Assembly: GCF_009914755.1 (NCBI RefSeq)
Contig: NC_060943.1
Length of the DNA: 64,000 nt
Reading direction: 5' to 3' (one strand)
Source of the DNA: the human T2T-CHM13v2.0 reference genome, Homo sapiens
Part shown: piece after piece, positions 22,431-39,653 of the stretch
Layout of the letters: every line of letters begins with the position of its first letter
Numbering within the stretch: position 1 is the stretch's first letter
Position numbers and translations under genes: made by a program
The notes under the pieces: model-generated
What the model saw: the letters and a program-made list of their open reading frames with translations, nothing else
What the model was told of the DNA's origin: nothing
Databases searched by the model: none

Positions 22431-24401
22431 TGATCCACCCACCTCAGCCTCCCAAAGTTCTGGGGTTACAGGCGTGAGCCACTGCGCCCAGCCGCACCTT
22501 GTTTTTTTTTTGCTGCCTGTAGCTGTTTCTCATTAGCCTGATGGAGGTGGCTGTTGGGGTGGTGGGGTGCTTATTATAAAGCCTTCTGCTGTCACAGCCC
22601 TGGGGTCTCACTTCCTGGGCTCTCTGCATAGGGAGCCGCCCTCCAGGGCAAGGGCCACAGTGTGCAGTAAGCCCCCCATGGCCACAGGGCAGGGCGTTTC
22701 AAGCCAAGAGTCTGCACTGTTTGCTGGCCACTAAGGGCATTGAATGGATCACAAAACTGGCTTTTTTTTCCCCCAGTCAAATAGAAATGGGGTTTTGCCA
22801 TGTTGTCCAGGCTGGTCTCAAACTCCTGGGCTCAAGCAATCCTCCCACGTTGGCCTCCCAAAGTGCTGGGATTACAGGCACGAGCCACCATATCTTTAAA
22901 AATGTAATAGAATGGAAAATGGCAAAGCGCGCTGCTTTTCATAGAAGAGACTATCGCATTGGGGTTCTTCTGTTGCCCCTGCCTGTGCTGCACGTCCTGC
23001 TTCACAGTGTAAAGCGCAACTCTTGCTGTGCCTTATTGTAACAGGTATAGGGTGGATGCTGCCATCATGAAGAGAGAGGAGAGCTCTTTGCTTATAAAAT
23101 TCCGTAGAGTGGAGAACAGGATGTGCCGGCTTAGGAGAGGGAAGAGGTACAGGCCCGCTCTGCCCGAGCTGCAGATGGGACACACATTTCCCGACTCAGA
23201 GGGGAGTCGTGTCTTTCTCCAGGGTCACCGAGCAGCAAGCGCATCCACTGTGTGTTCTTATTTTCTGAGCCTGTGGACTGGGTTTACCAACAGTTGCCTG
23301 TGGCAGAGCCGGCCACCAGCCCGCTCATAGGAAAAAGGAAGCCTGTGCCTCCAGGGAGGGCCCACGATGGGAATGCAGTCTGAGAAGGGTATGTGCTCCC
23401 ATGCTGGACCGGCTGGTCCCACACCCAGGACCAAAAACACCTCCTGGCAGGAGATGGGGAGATGTACTTCATGAACACACGTTGGGGAAGGACACTCCTG
23501 GAAGGCAGAGGCTCAAGGCGGGCTGTGTCCAGGCCAGGAGATTCACTCCCACCTCAATTTCCTCCTCAGCACGGCTGGCCTGGCACTGGTGCCTGCTTCA
23601 GAGTTTAGTGTGTGTAAAGTGTGGCTGGCCCAGCAAGCAGGGGATGATGGCGGTTGTCAAGGCCAGGGGAGGTGCAGGGACAGGATTCTGGCTCCCGTGT
23701 GTAACGTCTGCATCTCAGGAGGCTCTCATGTTAGAAGCTGGGTCAGGGGCTTCGTGATGCACACAAACACCAAACAAGCAGGAGGCCTTCCGGGATCCTG
23801 CTCACGAGCAGCTTCCTGGAGGCAAGCCTGGCCCGTCTGCCCCTTGGTGACATCAGGACCCCAGCAACAGAACCAGGGAAGCCACCATGTTGTCGCTGCC
23901 ATTTTCCAGCGTGGTAAACAGAAGCAAGACAAGGCGCACTCAGGACACCCAAACAGACGGCGGGGCCAGCCAGTGGCATGGGCGGGCTGCCCTGCCCTCT
24001 GGAATTTTCTGGGAAAGAACATAAGGAAAGAAGCGGTGCTGATGAGGCAGCTGGAGTTATCAGGACCCAAGCTCAGCTCCTCCTTCCCATCAGGCCCCGT
24101 TGGCCACTTTTAGGCTTCGTCCGCCTGGTGGCTCCCTGCTTGGGGCCGTTCCCTGGCTAGGCCCTTCCTCTGGGCCAAAGCAGAGAGGAGAGCGCGTTTG
24201 CCATGCGTTCTCATTTTCCCAGCCTGCGGGCTGGGTTCTGTCAGAGCAAGGTCAGCTCTCAGAGCTTCTGTCCCCACCCACCCTGTCCTCCTGAGCCAGG
24301 CTCAGGTATGGGTAAGAGCTGGGAGCGCTGTGCACGAGGCCTGGCAGCATCTCATCACTGCCGCTGTACCGAGTGCACAAGGGCGCTTCCTGTGGTGTTC
24401 A

Positions 24402-25110
<709 letters not shown>

Positions 25111-25240
25111 TCAAAAAAAAAAAAAGCGCATGTGCAAGAAATAGCTCCTGAGCTGAGTTGGAATTTCTCATCCTTAAACAATGTGGGAACCTGCTGAGGT
25201 GGGGTGGGGGCTCCCGGGTGGGCGGACTCGGGGGTGATAG

Positions 25241-25417
<177 letters not shown>

Positions 25418-25793
25418 TGACCCAGGGGCACCCCCATCTGAGAGCTGTGGTGTGTGGGCAGAATGACCAGAAACCACCTAGGCGGTGCCTTGGGCTACCT
25501 GGTTAGGGACCTGGTCGTGGGCTTTTGGGGTTCCTTGTAAGGGTTGGGGGTGTCCTGAGGGATGTCAGTGGGCAGTCGGTGTTGGGTGTTCCTTCAAGGT
25601 CCCACTCACTTAGTGCTGGGCCTCAGTCATGCAGTTCCCATGCCTAGTGAGCCAGGTTACCGAGGCTGGCGCTTCGGCCACATCCTCATAGGCACGAGGA
25701 ATCCTAGCCCGTGGGGTCTCCAGCACACAGCCAGGCCTGCGGGCAGGCGAGGCGGGGTCCTGAGGTAAGACCTGCTCCTCCCGTCCACTGCAG

Positions 25794-25895
25794 GAGCGCA
25801 TTCGCAACCACAAGTACCGCAGCCTCAACGACCTAGAGAAGGACGTCATGCTCCTGTGCCAGAACGCACAGACCTTCAACCTGGAGGGCTCCCTG
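25794..25895 (+). CDS. SMARCA4: SMARCA4 bromodomain exon (102 nt)
   Basis: ctgcag acceptor, CTG|gtgagg donor; [34 protein letters not shown], including the acetyl-lysine-binding Asn. Confidence 0.99.
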
Positions 25896-26003
25896 GTGAG
25901 GGCACCGCTGGGGGTTGGGGATGGGCCACTCCCACAGCTGGGCTTTGACCCAACCCGCCCCTCCTTCCCTTCTGAATTGATGGGTTAAAAACAAGTCCCG
26001 CTA

Positions 26004-26159
<156 letters not shown>

Positions 26160-26758
26160 TTAGCAATTACAAAAGCAGTATGTATTTACCGAAGAAAATA
26201 AAGATAGGCACAACAGAAGAAATAGACTCAGAGTCCTCTGTCTGTTGGAATTTTATTTTAAATTCCCTGGGGCACATTCTCTTCAAAGGAATCCTGTGGG
26301 TTTGTTCTTTCCTGTGATAGAATTGACACATACACAGCCTCAACTTGGCAAACTTTCTTAAGTGTCTTTGGGATTGATTCCTCTCAGAAAAAAGACTTGA
26401 CTTTGATGAGTTTGGGAAAGATGCTGGCTTCAACAAGGGGCATGTATTTCCAATGTTATTGCAGACCTCAGAGATTGTGCAGAAGGAGGGAGGCACCTGC
26501 AGCTATTCCCAAACCAGTGTGCCTGACCTTTCACCCTGGAGCATTTCAGAAGTCTGATGCTCGGGCCCCTATGGAGGAAGATTATGGAGAGGGCCTTCCA
26601 CCCTGGGTGGGCTGAAGCCCCGACCCGCTGAGGCTCGCATTGGCCACTGATCAGCTGTCCAGGGGCAACACAGGGCTGGGGCTGGGGCTGGGGCCAGGGC
26701 CGGGCAGGCAGCCCTCCAGTCGGGCCCATCCACTCAAGCCCCTGGTGTCTCTGCCCAG

Positions 26759-26891
26759 ATCTATGAAGACTCCATCGTCTTGCAGTCGGTCTTCACCAGC
26801 GTGCGGCAGAAAATCGAGAAGGAGGATGACAGTGAAGGCGAGGAGAGTGAGGAGGAGGAAGAGGGCGAGGAGGAAGGCTCCGAATCCGAAT
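26759..26891 (+). CDS. SMARCA4: SMARCA4 exon (133 nt): end of bromodomain and acidic tract
   Basis: gcccag acceptor, T|gtgagt donor; [44 protein letters not shown]. Confidence 0.99.
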
Positions 26892-27050
26892 GTGAGTCCC
26901 GGGGGGGTTCAGGACGCCGGGGTTCACGCTGGCCCGAGAGCCCCCAAGGCCCCAGCTTTTCACAGCCCTCCCGGCTCCCAGACGCCCCTTGCTGTGGGGG
27001 TGCTGCATTCCCAGAGCTCAAGGCTGTCTTTCCCTCCCGGTCCCCTCCAG

Positions 27051-27193
27051 CTCGGTCCGTCAAAGTGAAGATCAAGCTTGGCCGGAAGGAGAAGGCACAG
27101 GACCGGCTGAAGGGCGGCCGGCGGCGGCCGAGCCGAGGGTCCCGAGCCAAGCCGGTCGTGAGTGACGATGACAGTGAGGAGGAACAAGAGGAG
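27051..27193 (+). CDS. SMARCA4: SMARCA4 penultimate exon (143 nt)
   Basis: ctccag acceptor, GAG|gtgagg donor; [48 protein letters not shown]. Confidence 0.99.
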
Positions 27194-27991
27194 GTGAGGC
27201 CGGGCCCCCGAGCAGGCAGAGCTGGCATGTGGCAGGAGGCATCCCGGGGCCCTGATGGGACAGCCCTGTGGGGCGGTGCTCCCACGCCCCCACGCTGCAG
27301 GTGGGAAAGCTGAGGCTTGACCTGCCATGGCTGACCCCAGGTCACACAGCCAGTATGTGGCAGGGCTGCCACTCAAAGCCAAGCCTGTGTGACCCCGGAA
27401 CCAGCTCTCAGTACCCGTGGGTGTCTGGGGACTGGGGGACACGTGAGTCCTCAGGACAGGCAGCAGGCGGTCCCAGGGCACCAGGGCTCCTGGGCTGAGG
27501 CCGGGCAGGCCAGGGCTTGATTAGGGTTGGGTAGGAGGTGCTAGGATTGGGGACCCACCAGACAGTGCCCCGTCTCCTCAGTGGCATAGAGAATGGGCAG
27601 AAACGCCAAGACCACAGTGGATAGTTTTTGGGGTGCAGTGGGGAGCCGGAGAAGATCCACTTGCTGGCTTTAAATAATCTCACCTCTGTCTCTGGCCCTT
27701 CCTGGCTGTGGGACCTGGCAGGTCACTTTGCTTCTCAAGCTTCAGTTTCCTCTTATGCAAAGCAAGGAGGCTGCATGGATTAGGGGGCTGCCCCCACCGA
27801 AGGGCCTGGCTCCCGCTGAAGCCCAGCGAATGCCATTTTGTCATCACAGAAGCAGCAAATTTCAGTGCCTGGGAATTAGTCTGACGAAAGACGCACGTGA
27901 CGTTTGAGGACATTCATGAAGTCCTCATGTGGAGGGGAGGCCCCTGTGTCAGGCAGGAGGGTCTGGGCTGTGATGCTGTCTCTCTTGCCTA

Positions 27992-28192
<201 letters not shown>

Positions 28193-28198
28193 TTAAAA

Positions 28199-28206
<8 letters not shown>

Positions 28207-28246
<40 letters not shown>
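28207..28246. repeat. (TA)n microsatellite at an Alu tail
   Basis: direct reading. Confidence 0.97.
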
Positions 28247-28250
<4 letters not shown>

Positions 28251-28410
28251 GAGCAAAGATCTTTCACAGTCAGGAAGAACCAAGATGGTTTGGAAGCTGT
28301 AGGTCAGGGGCCAAGGGCCAGGCAGGTGACATGGGACAGAGCAGGGAAGGCACGTGGAGCCTCGAAGGTCCCGAGAGGGCCGAGTGTGGTCACAGGGACT
28401 CGTCCTGTAG

Positions 28411-28678
<268 letters not shown>

Positions 28679-28787
28679 CCACATCAGTGTTTTCTTGAGC
28701 AAGTTTATTTAAAGTTTGGCAGGTCCCTGGCAAGGTGCCCTGGCAGGGGTGGCCAACGCACACTCTCTCCTCCTGTCCCCTCTCCAG

Positions 28788-28820
28788 GACCGCTCAGGAA
28801 GTGGCAGCGAAGAAGACTGA
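28788..28820 (+). CDS. SMARCA4: SMARCA4 last exon, coding part DRSGSGSEED-stop
   Basis: long pyrimidine tract plus ccag acceptor; TGA at 28818-28820; matches the known BRG1 C-terminus. Confidence 0.98.
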   Translation, partial: DRSGSGSEED

Positions 28821-29281
28821 GCCCCGACATTCCAGTCTCGACCCCGAGCCCCTCGTTCCAGAGCTGAGATGGCATAGGCCTTAGCAGTAACGGGTAGCAG
28901 CAGATGTAGTTTCAGACTTGGAGTAAAACTGTATAAACAAAAGAATCTTCCATATTTATACAGCAGAGAAGCTGTAGGACTGTTTGTGACTGGCCCTGTC
29001 CTGGCATCAGTAGCATCTGTAACAGCATTAACTGTCTTAAAGAGAGAGAGAGAGAATTCCGAATTGGGGAACACACGATACCTGTTTTTCTTTTCCGTTG
29101 CTGGCAGTACTGTTGCGCCGCAGTTTGGAGTCACTGTAGTTAAGTGTGGATGCATGTGCGTCACCGTCCACTCCTCCTACTGTATTTTATTGGACAGGTC
29201 AGACTCGCCGGGGGCCCGGCGAGGGTATGTCAGTGTCACTGGATGTCAAACAGTAATAAATTAAACCAACAACAAAACGCA
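28821..29281 (+). other. SMARCA4: SMARCA4 3'UTR (~460 nt; 3' end approximate)
   Basis: repeat-free sequence between the stop codon and the poly(A) signal. Confidence 0.9.
29255..29265 (+). terminator. SMARCA4 polyadenylation signal (AATAAA overlapping ATTAAA)
   Basis: gtAATAAAttaaacc. Confidence 0.9.
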
Positions 29282-30174
29282 CAGCCTTGCCTGCAGGTGG
29301 ACTTGTGCCTGGCTCCCACCGTTTCTGCCAGCAGGAGTGGCGGGGGCCACCTCATGTCCAGGTCCCTGTCCTTCTCCTGGCACCAGAACCCATGGGGCCC
29401 GTTTCACAGAGGAGGATACTGAGGCCCCGGCAGGGGAAGAGGACTTGTCTGGTCACACGTGTGGCCTTTGCCACTGCAGGTCTCCAGCATTTGTTCAGCT
29501 GAGACCTACAGTGCAGGGAGCAGGCAGCTCCATCCGTTCCCTGCCCGTGGCCCAGCCTGGGTTGGGGAGACCATCACAGAAATGGGCAGATGCCACATAG
29601 AGCTCTCAGGGCCATGATGCAGGAAGCTCAGGGCATAATGGGAGCCCAGGTGGTCAGTGAGGGAAGGGACGGAGCCGCCTGCTCCCTTTCAAATCCAGAA
29701 CATAATTTGAGTTTTTGTTTTTTTGTTTTGTTTTGTTTTGTTTTTGAGACGAAGTCTCTGTCACCCAGGCTGGAGTGCAGTGGCATGATCTCGGCTCACC
29801 GCAACCTCAGCCTCCTGGGTTCCAGTGATTCTGCTGCCTCAGCCTCCTGAGTAGCTGGGATTACAGGGGTGCGCCACCATGCCCAGCTAATTTTTGTATT
29901 TTTAGTAGAGATGGGTTTCATCATGTTAGCCAGGCTGGTCTCAAACTCCTGACCTCAGGTGATCCACCTGCCTCGGCCTCCCAAAGTGCAAGGATTACAG
30001 GCATGAGCCACTGTGCCCAGCCCCTAATTTGTGTATTTTTAGTAGAGGCAGGGTGTCACCATGTTGGCCAGGCTGGTCTCAAACCCATGACCTCAAGTGA
30101 TCCACCCACCTTGGCCTCCCAAAGTGCTGGTATTACAGGCATGAGCCACCGTGCTTTGAGTTTTTTTACAGTAA

Positions 30175-30440
<266 letters not shown>

Positions 30441-31144
30441 TAACCAATTTGAATTCTTATCATTTTTGTCTGTTCATTAAGAGCCATTATTAGTGGGTCA
30501 CTGTCGTCATACTTGGCTTTAATTCTTGAGATGTGGTTTCTTCTAGCTCTTTGAACCTTTTTTTTTGTTTTGTTTTTAATTGAGACAAGGTCTTGCTGTG
30601 TCACCCAAGCTAGAGTGCAGTGGTGTCATCACAGTTCACAACAGCCTTGACCTCCTGGGCTCAAGTGATCCTCCTGCCTCAGCCCCCTGAGTAGCTGGGA
30701 CCACAGGTGCACACCAGCACACTTGGCTAATTATTATTATTATTATTTTTTTTGTAGAGATAATGTTTTGCTTTGTTGCCCAGGCTGGTGGTCTGAACTC
30801 CTGAGCTCAAGTGATCCTCCTGCCTCAGCCGCTCTATTTTTTTTTTTTAATCGAGACATGGTATTGCTCTGTTGCCCAGGCTGGAGTGCAGTGGTGGGAT
30901 GGTAGCTCAACTTCCAGAGCTCAGATGATCCTCCCTCTTCAGCCTCCAGTGTATCTGGGACCACAGACATGCACCACCCAGCCCAGCTTGAACCTGTTTT
31001 TAGTAGCTGCTTTGAAGCCTTTTGGTCCAACATCCGGATCCATTCCTCCACAGAAAGGTTCTGTTGACTCCTTTTTGTCCTCAGCGTAGGTCACACTTTC
31101 CTGTTTCTTCACATGTCTGGCAAGCTTTTGTTGTCAGAAAGTAG

Positions 31145-31414
<270 letters not shown>

Positions 31415-31897
31415 TGATCTGCCCACCTTGGCCTCCCAAAGTGCTGGGATTAAAGGCGCGAGCCACCGCGCCTGGCCTTGTTTTGTTCTTAATTGTTGTT
31501 TTTCTTTTCTTTCTTTCATGTTTCCCCTCGGAGACAAGGTCTTGCGCTGTCACTGATGCTGGACTGCAGTGGTGCAGTTTCAGCTCACTACAGCCTCCCG
31601 GGCTCAAGCCATCCTCCCACCTCAGCCTCCCGAGTAGCCGGAACTACAGGCTTGTGCCACCACACCCAGCTAATTTTTTTTTTTTTTTTTTTTTTTTGGT
31701 AGAGACAGGGTTTCTCCATGTTGCCCACGGTGGTCTTGAACACCTGGGCTCAAGTGATCTGCCCGCCTCTGCCTCCCAAAATGCTGGGATTACAGGTGTG
31801 AGCCACCGCGCCTGGCCCAATTCTCATTTTTATTTAGAAGGAGTCACCCCTGGGTCAGCCAAGCTGAGACATCAGTTGGTGGTTGGTCAGAACTTGT

Positions 31898-31961
31898 GCC
31901 CAAATATGCTGAGTCAGCGGCTCTGCCCGGGCCCAAATGCTGAGTCAGCACCTCTGCCCGG
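31898..31961 (+). repeat. Tandem duplication (33 + 31 bp), each copy carrying a Maf recognition element
   Basis: gcccaaatatgctgagtcagcggctctgcccgg / gcccaaatgctgagtcagcacctctgcccgg. Confidence 0.9.
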
Positions 31962-32639
31962 GCAGTCTGCAGGCTGGCCCTACCTTTGCTTTCTGCCTGT
32001 GGTTCCTATCAGGGCACGCACTTCAGTTCTGTTGGGCAGGGAGACGTGCATCAGACTCTCTCCAGGGCATATGTGCTGTCTTGCGCTTGCGCGTGGCCTC
32101 CCAAACCCCTAGGGATACCTGGGGCCAGCTGGGGCAGTCTCTGTCTCGACCTCCTTTTCCATTTCTGGCTAGTTTACCAATCTGTTTCATCCTTAGGCCA
32201 GCTGATGACCTTGGCCCTCTCCTCCCGAGATCCCTGCAGCTTCCAACAGTGAGGCCCTCCAGCAGTGAGGCTGCTGATTTTCATGGCCTGGCTGGAGCTG
32301 GGGGCCCAGGCCAGGAGCAGCCCCAGGCAAAAATCACCTCCCGCTGCTCTTCCCTGCCACTCAGTACTTTTTCTGGAATAAACATTTCCTCACTGGGTGA
32401 ACACCTTTGACGAGATCTTCACAGTCCTGGGATGGTTGCTTTGGACAATTCTGTTTAGCTTTATTGTTGCTTTTAGGGAGAGGATTTGCCAAGATCTTCA
32501 CTCCACCATTTGGGAAAATCCACATTTCGTTTGTTGCAATAGCTTTGGCTTTATTTTAATAGATTATAATTTATTTATTTTTTATTTATTTATTTTTGAG
32601 ACAGGGTCTTGCTCTGTCACCCAGGCTGGAGTATAGTGA

Positions 32640-33316
<677 letters not shown>

Positions 33317-34334
33317 CTACAGAAATAACTTTGAGTGTCCACCTGTGCAAAACCCATGTCATGGGGACACAGGGACATGTTAGCTGTGGTGCAGATGAGT
33401 GGTCCGGGCTGCAGGCCTGTCTGACTCAGGTCTCAGACATCGGCTTTGGCCTGAGGGCCTGGAACCAGCTTGGTCCCCATATGGCAGTGGCCCCAAGCCA
33501 GGGGCCTTCACCTGTGTGACCTGGTGACAGCTGCTGGCTGGCTGCTGCCCTTCCTGACCTTTGCTCTCCACACCTGCCCCTCTCGCAGGCCTTTCCTCTG
33601 TCTTTCAGTCCCGCTGGCCAGTGCCCTTCTCCCAACAACCCCAAGGGCTGGGGGACTTCATTCCTGTTTCCCAGATGACACAAGTGGAGCTCGGGGAGGT
33701 TGAGCCAGTGGCCTAAGGCTACACAGATCTGAGCTTGGGTTTGGGGGACATGAGACTCCTCAGGGGCTGCCACCTGCTCTGGGGTCTGGAGCAAGGACCC
33801 TGAGACTTGAAAGTTGAAATGGCGCCTGGAACCAGGTGGTGGACTAAGCAATGGCGGGCAGGTCGGTGTGTCCCCAGGAGTCAGGAGAGGCTGCCACAAG
33901 ACAGGAGTGAGCAGGACCTTAAAGCTGAAACGCCGGATGGTCAGGGCATGATGGGACCTGACACGGCCTGGACTAGGAGGGGGTGGGAAGAATAATACGG
34001 GACATCATATGTGGCAGGGGGTCATGCGCTTTCCCATCCAGCCATCTAGGCTGGCTCTCCTAGATTCTTTTTGTTTTGTTTTGAGACAGAGTCTCGCCCT
34101 GTTGCGCAGCTGGAGTACAGTGGCACCATAGCCTCTCGAGTAGCTGGGACGACAGGCGCGCACCCACACCCAGCTAATTTTTGTATTTTCAGTAGAGACG
34201 TGGTTTTGCCATGTTGGCCAGGCTGGTGTCAAACTCCTGACCTCAGGTGATCCGCCTGCCCCATCCTCCCAAAGTGCTGGGATTACAGGCATGAGCCACC
34301 AGGCCCGGCCTCTCCTAGAGTCTTGCTTCCATCA

Positions 34335-34762
34335 AGTCATGGAGTCTCCTTTTCCTTCCCTGGAGTTTGAGTGTACTTGGGACTCACTGGTAACCAACAG
34401 AGTTCAATGGAAGTGACATCATGTAACTACTAAGAGTAGGTCACAGAAAGCACAGCTTCCGCCTTGCTTGCTCGCTCACTCTTGAATCACCAGCTGCCAT
34501 GTAACAGCCTGACTTCCTGGAGCCTGCCATTTTGTGAGGAGGCCCAACCAAGCCCATGCTATAAGGCCACCAAGACCACGGGAAGAGAAAGCAATGGCTG
34601 CCCCAGCCCTAGCCCTCAGCTGTCACCAGCTGCATCAGAGACCCTGAGCCCGTACCGCCGAGCTGAGCCCTTCCCACATTCCTGACCCTTAGAAACCACA
34701 AGAGCTAATAAACACATTGTTTTAAGCCACTAAGCTGTTAGGCAGCAACAGTACTGGAACAT
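34335..34762 (+). mobile_element. MaLR LTR (old MLT1-like)
   Basis: ends in cccacattcctgaccc...aataaa...tgttttaagccactaag..., a typical MLT1 3' end. Confidence 0.75.
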
Positions 34763-35085
34763 CATAAAATAATTTTTTAAATGACAGGGATCTAATTAAA
34801 CGTGGAAGGATCTTGAGAACATTGTTGAGGATAGAACAGCAGGCTGCACAGTGAAGCAAATGTCCAGCAAGATGGACACACACTGGATCCTGGATATGTG
34901 TTCTGGACCATGTCACTAGTACATCACATTTAGAGAAAGCTGTGTCAGGACCCACCCCAAACACAAAACAGCCTGAACTGCTGCTGTTACCCTTGGCAGT
35001 GGGGGAGGGAAGGGTGGCGTTAAGAGATTCCCCAAGATGGTGAGGTCACCTGGCCATTTTATTTTTTATTTTTATTTTTTATTTT

Positions 35086-35087
<2 letters not shown>

Positions 35088-35126
<39 letters not shown>
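35088..35126. repeat. (TA)n microsatellite
   Basis: direct reading. Confidence 0.97.
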
Positions 35127-35130
<4 letters not shown>

Positions 35131-35792
35131 AGACAGAGTTTTGCTCTTTTGCCCAGGCTGGAATGAAGTGACGCAATCTCAGCTCACTGCAACTTTTCCC
35201 CCCAGGATCAAGTGATTCTCCTGCCTCAGCCTCCCAAGTAGTTGGGATTATAGGCACCCGCCACCACGCCCAGCTAATTTTTGTATTTTTAGTAGAGGCG
35301 GGGCTTTGCCATGTTGGCCAGGCTGGTCTCAAACTCCTGACCTCGTGCCACCCACCTCGGCTTCCCAAAGTGCTGGGATTACAGACATGAGCCACTGCAC
35401 CCGGCTGCCTGGCCATTTTAAGAGCCACTTTTTGGGCCGGGTGTGGTGGCTCATGCCTGTAATCCTAGCACTTTGGGAGGCCGAGTTGGGCAGATCCCTT
35501 TTTTTTTTTTTTTTTTTTTTTGAGGTGGAGTCTTGCTCAGTGGCCCAGCCATGAGCGCAGTGGTGCAATCTTGGCTCACTGCAACCTCTGCCTCGGGTTC
35601 AAGCGATTTTCCTGCCTCAGCCTCCCATGTAGCTGGGATTACAGGCACGTGCCACCATGCCCAGCTAATTTTTTGTATTTTTAATAGAGACAGGGTTTTG
35701 CCATGTTGGCCAGGCTGGTCTTGAACTCCTGATCTCAAGTGGTCTGCCTGCCTCAGCCTCCCAAAGTACTGGCCCAGTTTCTGTATGTTTGA

Positions 35793-35924
<132 letters not shown>

Positions 35925-36078
35925 TGATTCCTCACCAATGTTTTGGTCAACAGCACACTTGGATTCTAGTTTCTGTCATGGTCTCAAAGATTTCTACTGA
36001 AATAAGACCGTTCTTGGTCGTGCCTTGTGGCTCAAGCCTGTAATTTGAGCACTTTGGGAGGCCAAGGTGGGCGGATCA

Positions 36079-36288
<210 letters not shown>

Positions 36289-37375
36289 CTATGACTCAAA
36301 AAAAAAAAAAAAAATTCTTACCTGCTGGAGCGTTAATATGAATGAGGTGTCCAGAGCCCAGCTCCTCCTGATCCACCCATGTCTGATTCTGCTTCTGTGT
36401 CCCCACCTCACAAGTGGCCACTGGCCTACAAGGAGTCCATGTCAGCTGCCATCCCTTTCCATCAGGCCACACCAGCCGATCCCCCCTCACCCACTCATTC
36501 TCCTTCCTAAATATCCCCTCAACCCACCCACCTCTCTCTCCACCCTTGACCTTCACCTGCACCAGCCTCAGCCTATAGCTGGCCTAGACCAGCATGGTCA
36601 ACTCCTTGGTTTCTCCGCTTCCACCCACGCTGCGCTCCATGTGGCCAGAGGGTTCTAAACTCTTGCAGTTCCTCAATGCACAAGGGGGCCTGGTCAGCTG
36701 AGCCTGGCACCTGCCCAGCCTTCTCTAAGCCTCAGCTAAAATTCTATACCACATACTTCTAGACACTGGCATGCGCAGGGGCCTGTTGTTGCAACCCCTC
36801 ATGTGGTGAATCTCCCTCAGAGCCCTCAGACATCAGTTCCCGCCCCTTCTTGCCTTCTTTGGTAATCTGGGGCAGGAAGCACTTGGGGCGGGTCATTGTG
36901 GCTCACGCGTATAATCCTAGCACTTTGGGATGCTGAGGTAGGAGGATCGCTTGAGCCCAGACGTTCAAGAGCAGCCTAGGCTCTACAAAAAAGTCCTACA
37001 AAGCTCAGTTTTCAAAGCATATTTCTGGCCGGGTGTGGTGGTGCACGCCTGTAGCAGCCAGCTACTTGGGAGGCTGAGGCAGGAGAATTGCTTGAACCCG
37101 GAATGCAGAGAGTTTGCAGTGAGCCCAGATTGCACCACTGGACTCCAACCTGGGCGACAGAGCGAGACTCTGTCTCAAAAAAAGAAAAAAAGAAAACAGA
37201 AAAGGAAATGCTAGTGTGTATGCTGAATAAATAAGCACTTTGAGAAGTTGACAGGGAGGCTAGGCATGGTAGTTCACACCTGTAATCCCAGCACACTGGG
37301 AGGCTGAGGCAGGAGGAGCACTTGAGCCCAGGAGTCTGACATCAGCCTGGACAATATAGTGAGACACCGTGTCTA

Positions 37376-37585
<210 letters not shown>

Positions 37586-37770
37586 CTACTTCTATTTTTT
37601 TTTTTTTTTTGAGATGAAGTCTCACTCTCGTCCAGGCTAGAGTGCAGTGGCTGGATCTAAGTTCACTGCAACCTCCCCCTACCATATTCAAGAGATTCTC
37701 CTGCCTCAGCCTCCTGAGTAGCTGGGATTACAGGCACCCGCCACCACACCTGGCTTTTTTTTTTTTTTAA

Positions 37771-37944
<174 letters not shown>

Positions 37945-38080
37945 TAGAAAAACTGTTCAGGCTGGGCACAGTGGCTCACACCTATAATCAGTTTCAGAGG
38001 CCATGGCGGGAGGATCGCTTCAGGTCAGGAGTTTGAGACCCCCTTGGGGAACATAGTGAGAGTCCTGTCTTTATTTATTT

Positions 38081-38111
<31 letters not shown>

Positions 38112-38479
38112 TCTTGAGACGGAGTCTCACTCTGTCACCCGGGCTGGAGTTCAGTGGTGCAATCTCAACTCACTGCAAGCTCCACCTGCCGGGTTCACGC
38201 CATTCTCCTGCCTCAGCCTCCTGAATAGCTGGGATTACAGGCGCCCACCACCACGCCTGGCTAATTTTTTTGTGATTTTTGTAGAGACGGGGTTTCACCG
38301 TGTTAGCCAGGATGGTCTCGATCTCCTGATCTCATGATCCGCCCGTCTCAGCCTCCCAAAGTTCTGTGATTACAGGCGTGAGCCACTGCGCCCAGCCTCC
38401 TGTCTTTATTTTTAAAAGAAGGGCGCAGTGGTTCAAGCCTGTAATCCCAGCACTTTGGGAGGCCGGGGCGGGCGGATCA

Positions 38480-38800
<321 letters not shown>

Positions 38801-38858
38801 TTACCTGAGCCCAGGAGTTTGAGACCAGCCTGAGCAATAAAATGAGACCTTACCTTTA

Positions 38859-39257
<399 letters not shown>

Positions 39258-39401
39258 TTATTAGCATACTGTTCACAATAGCCAAAATATGGAATCAACC
39301 TAAGTGCCCATCAATGTTTGAATGAATAAAGAAAATGTGGTGTATATACACAATGTAGTACTACACTGCCATTAAAAAGACTGAAATTTTGGCCAGGCTC
39401 A

Positions 39402-39653
<252 letters not shown>

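Noticed and set aside
26761-27372. 203-aa antisense ORF (also 8168-8560 and 1762-2091)
   Set aside because: Antisense shadows of GC-rich SMARCA4 exons
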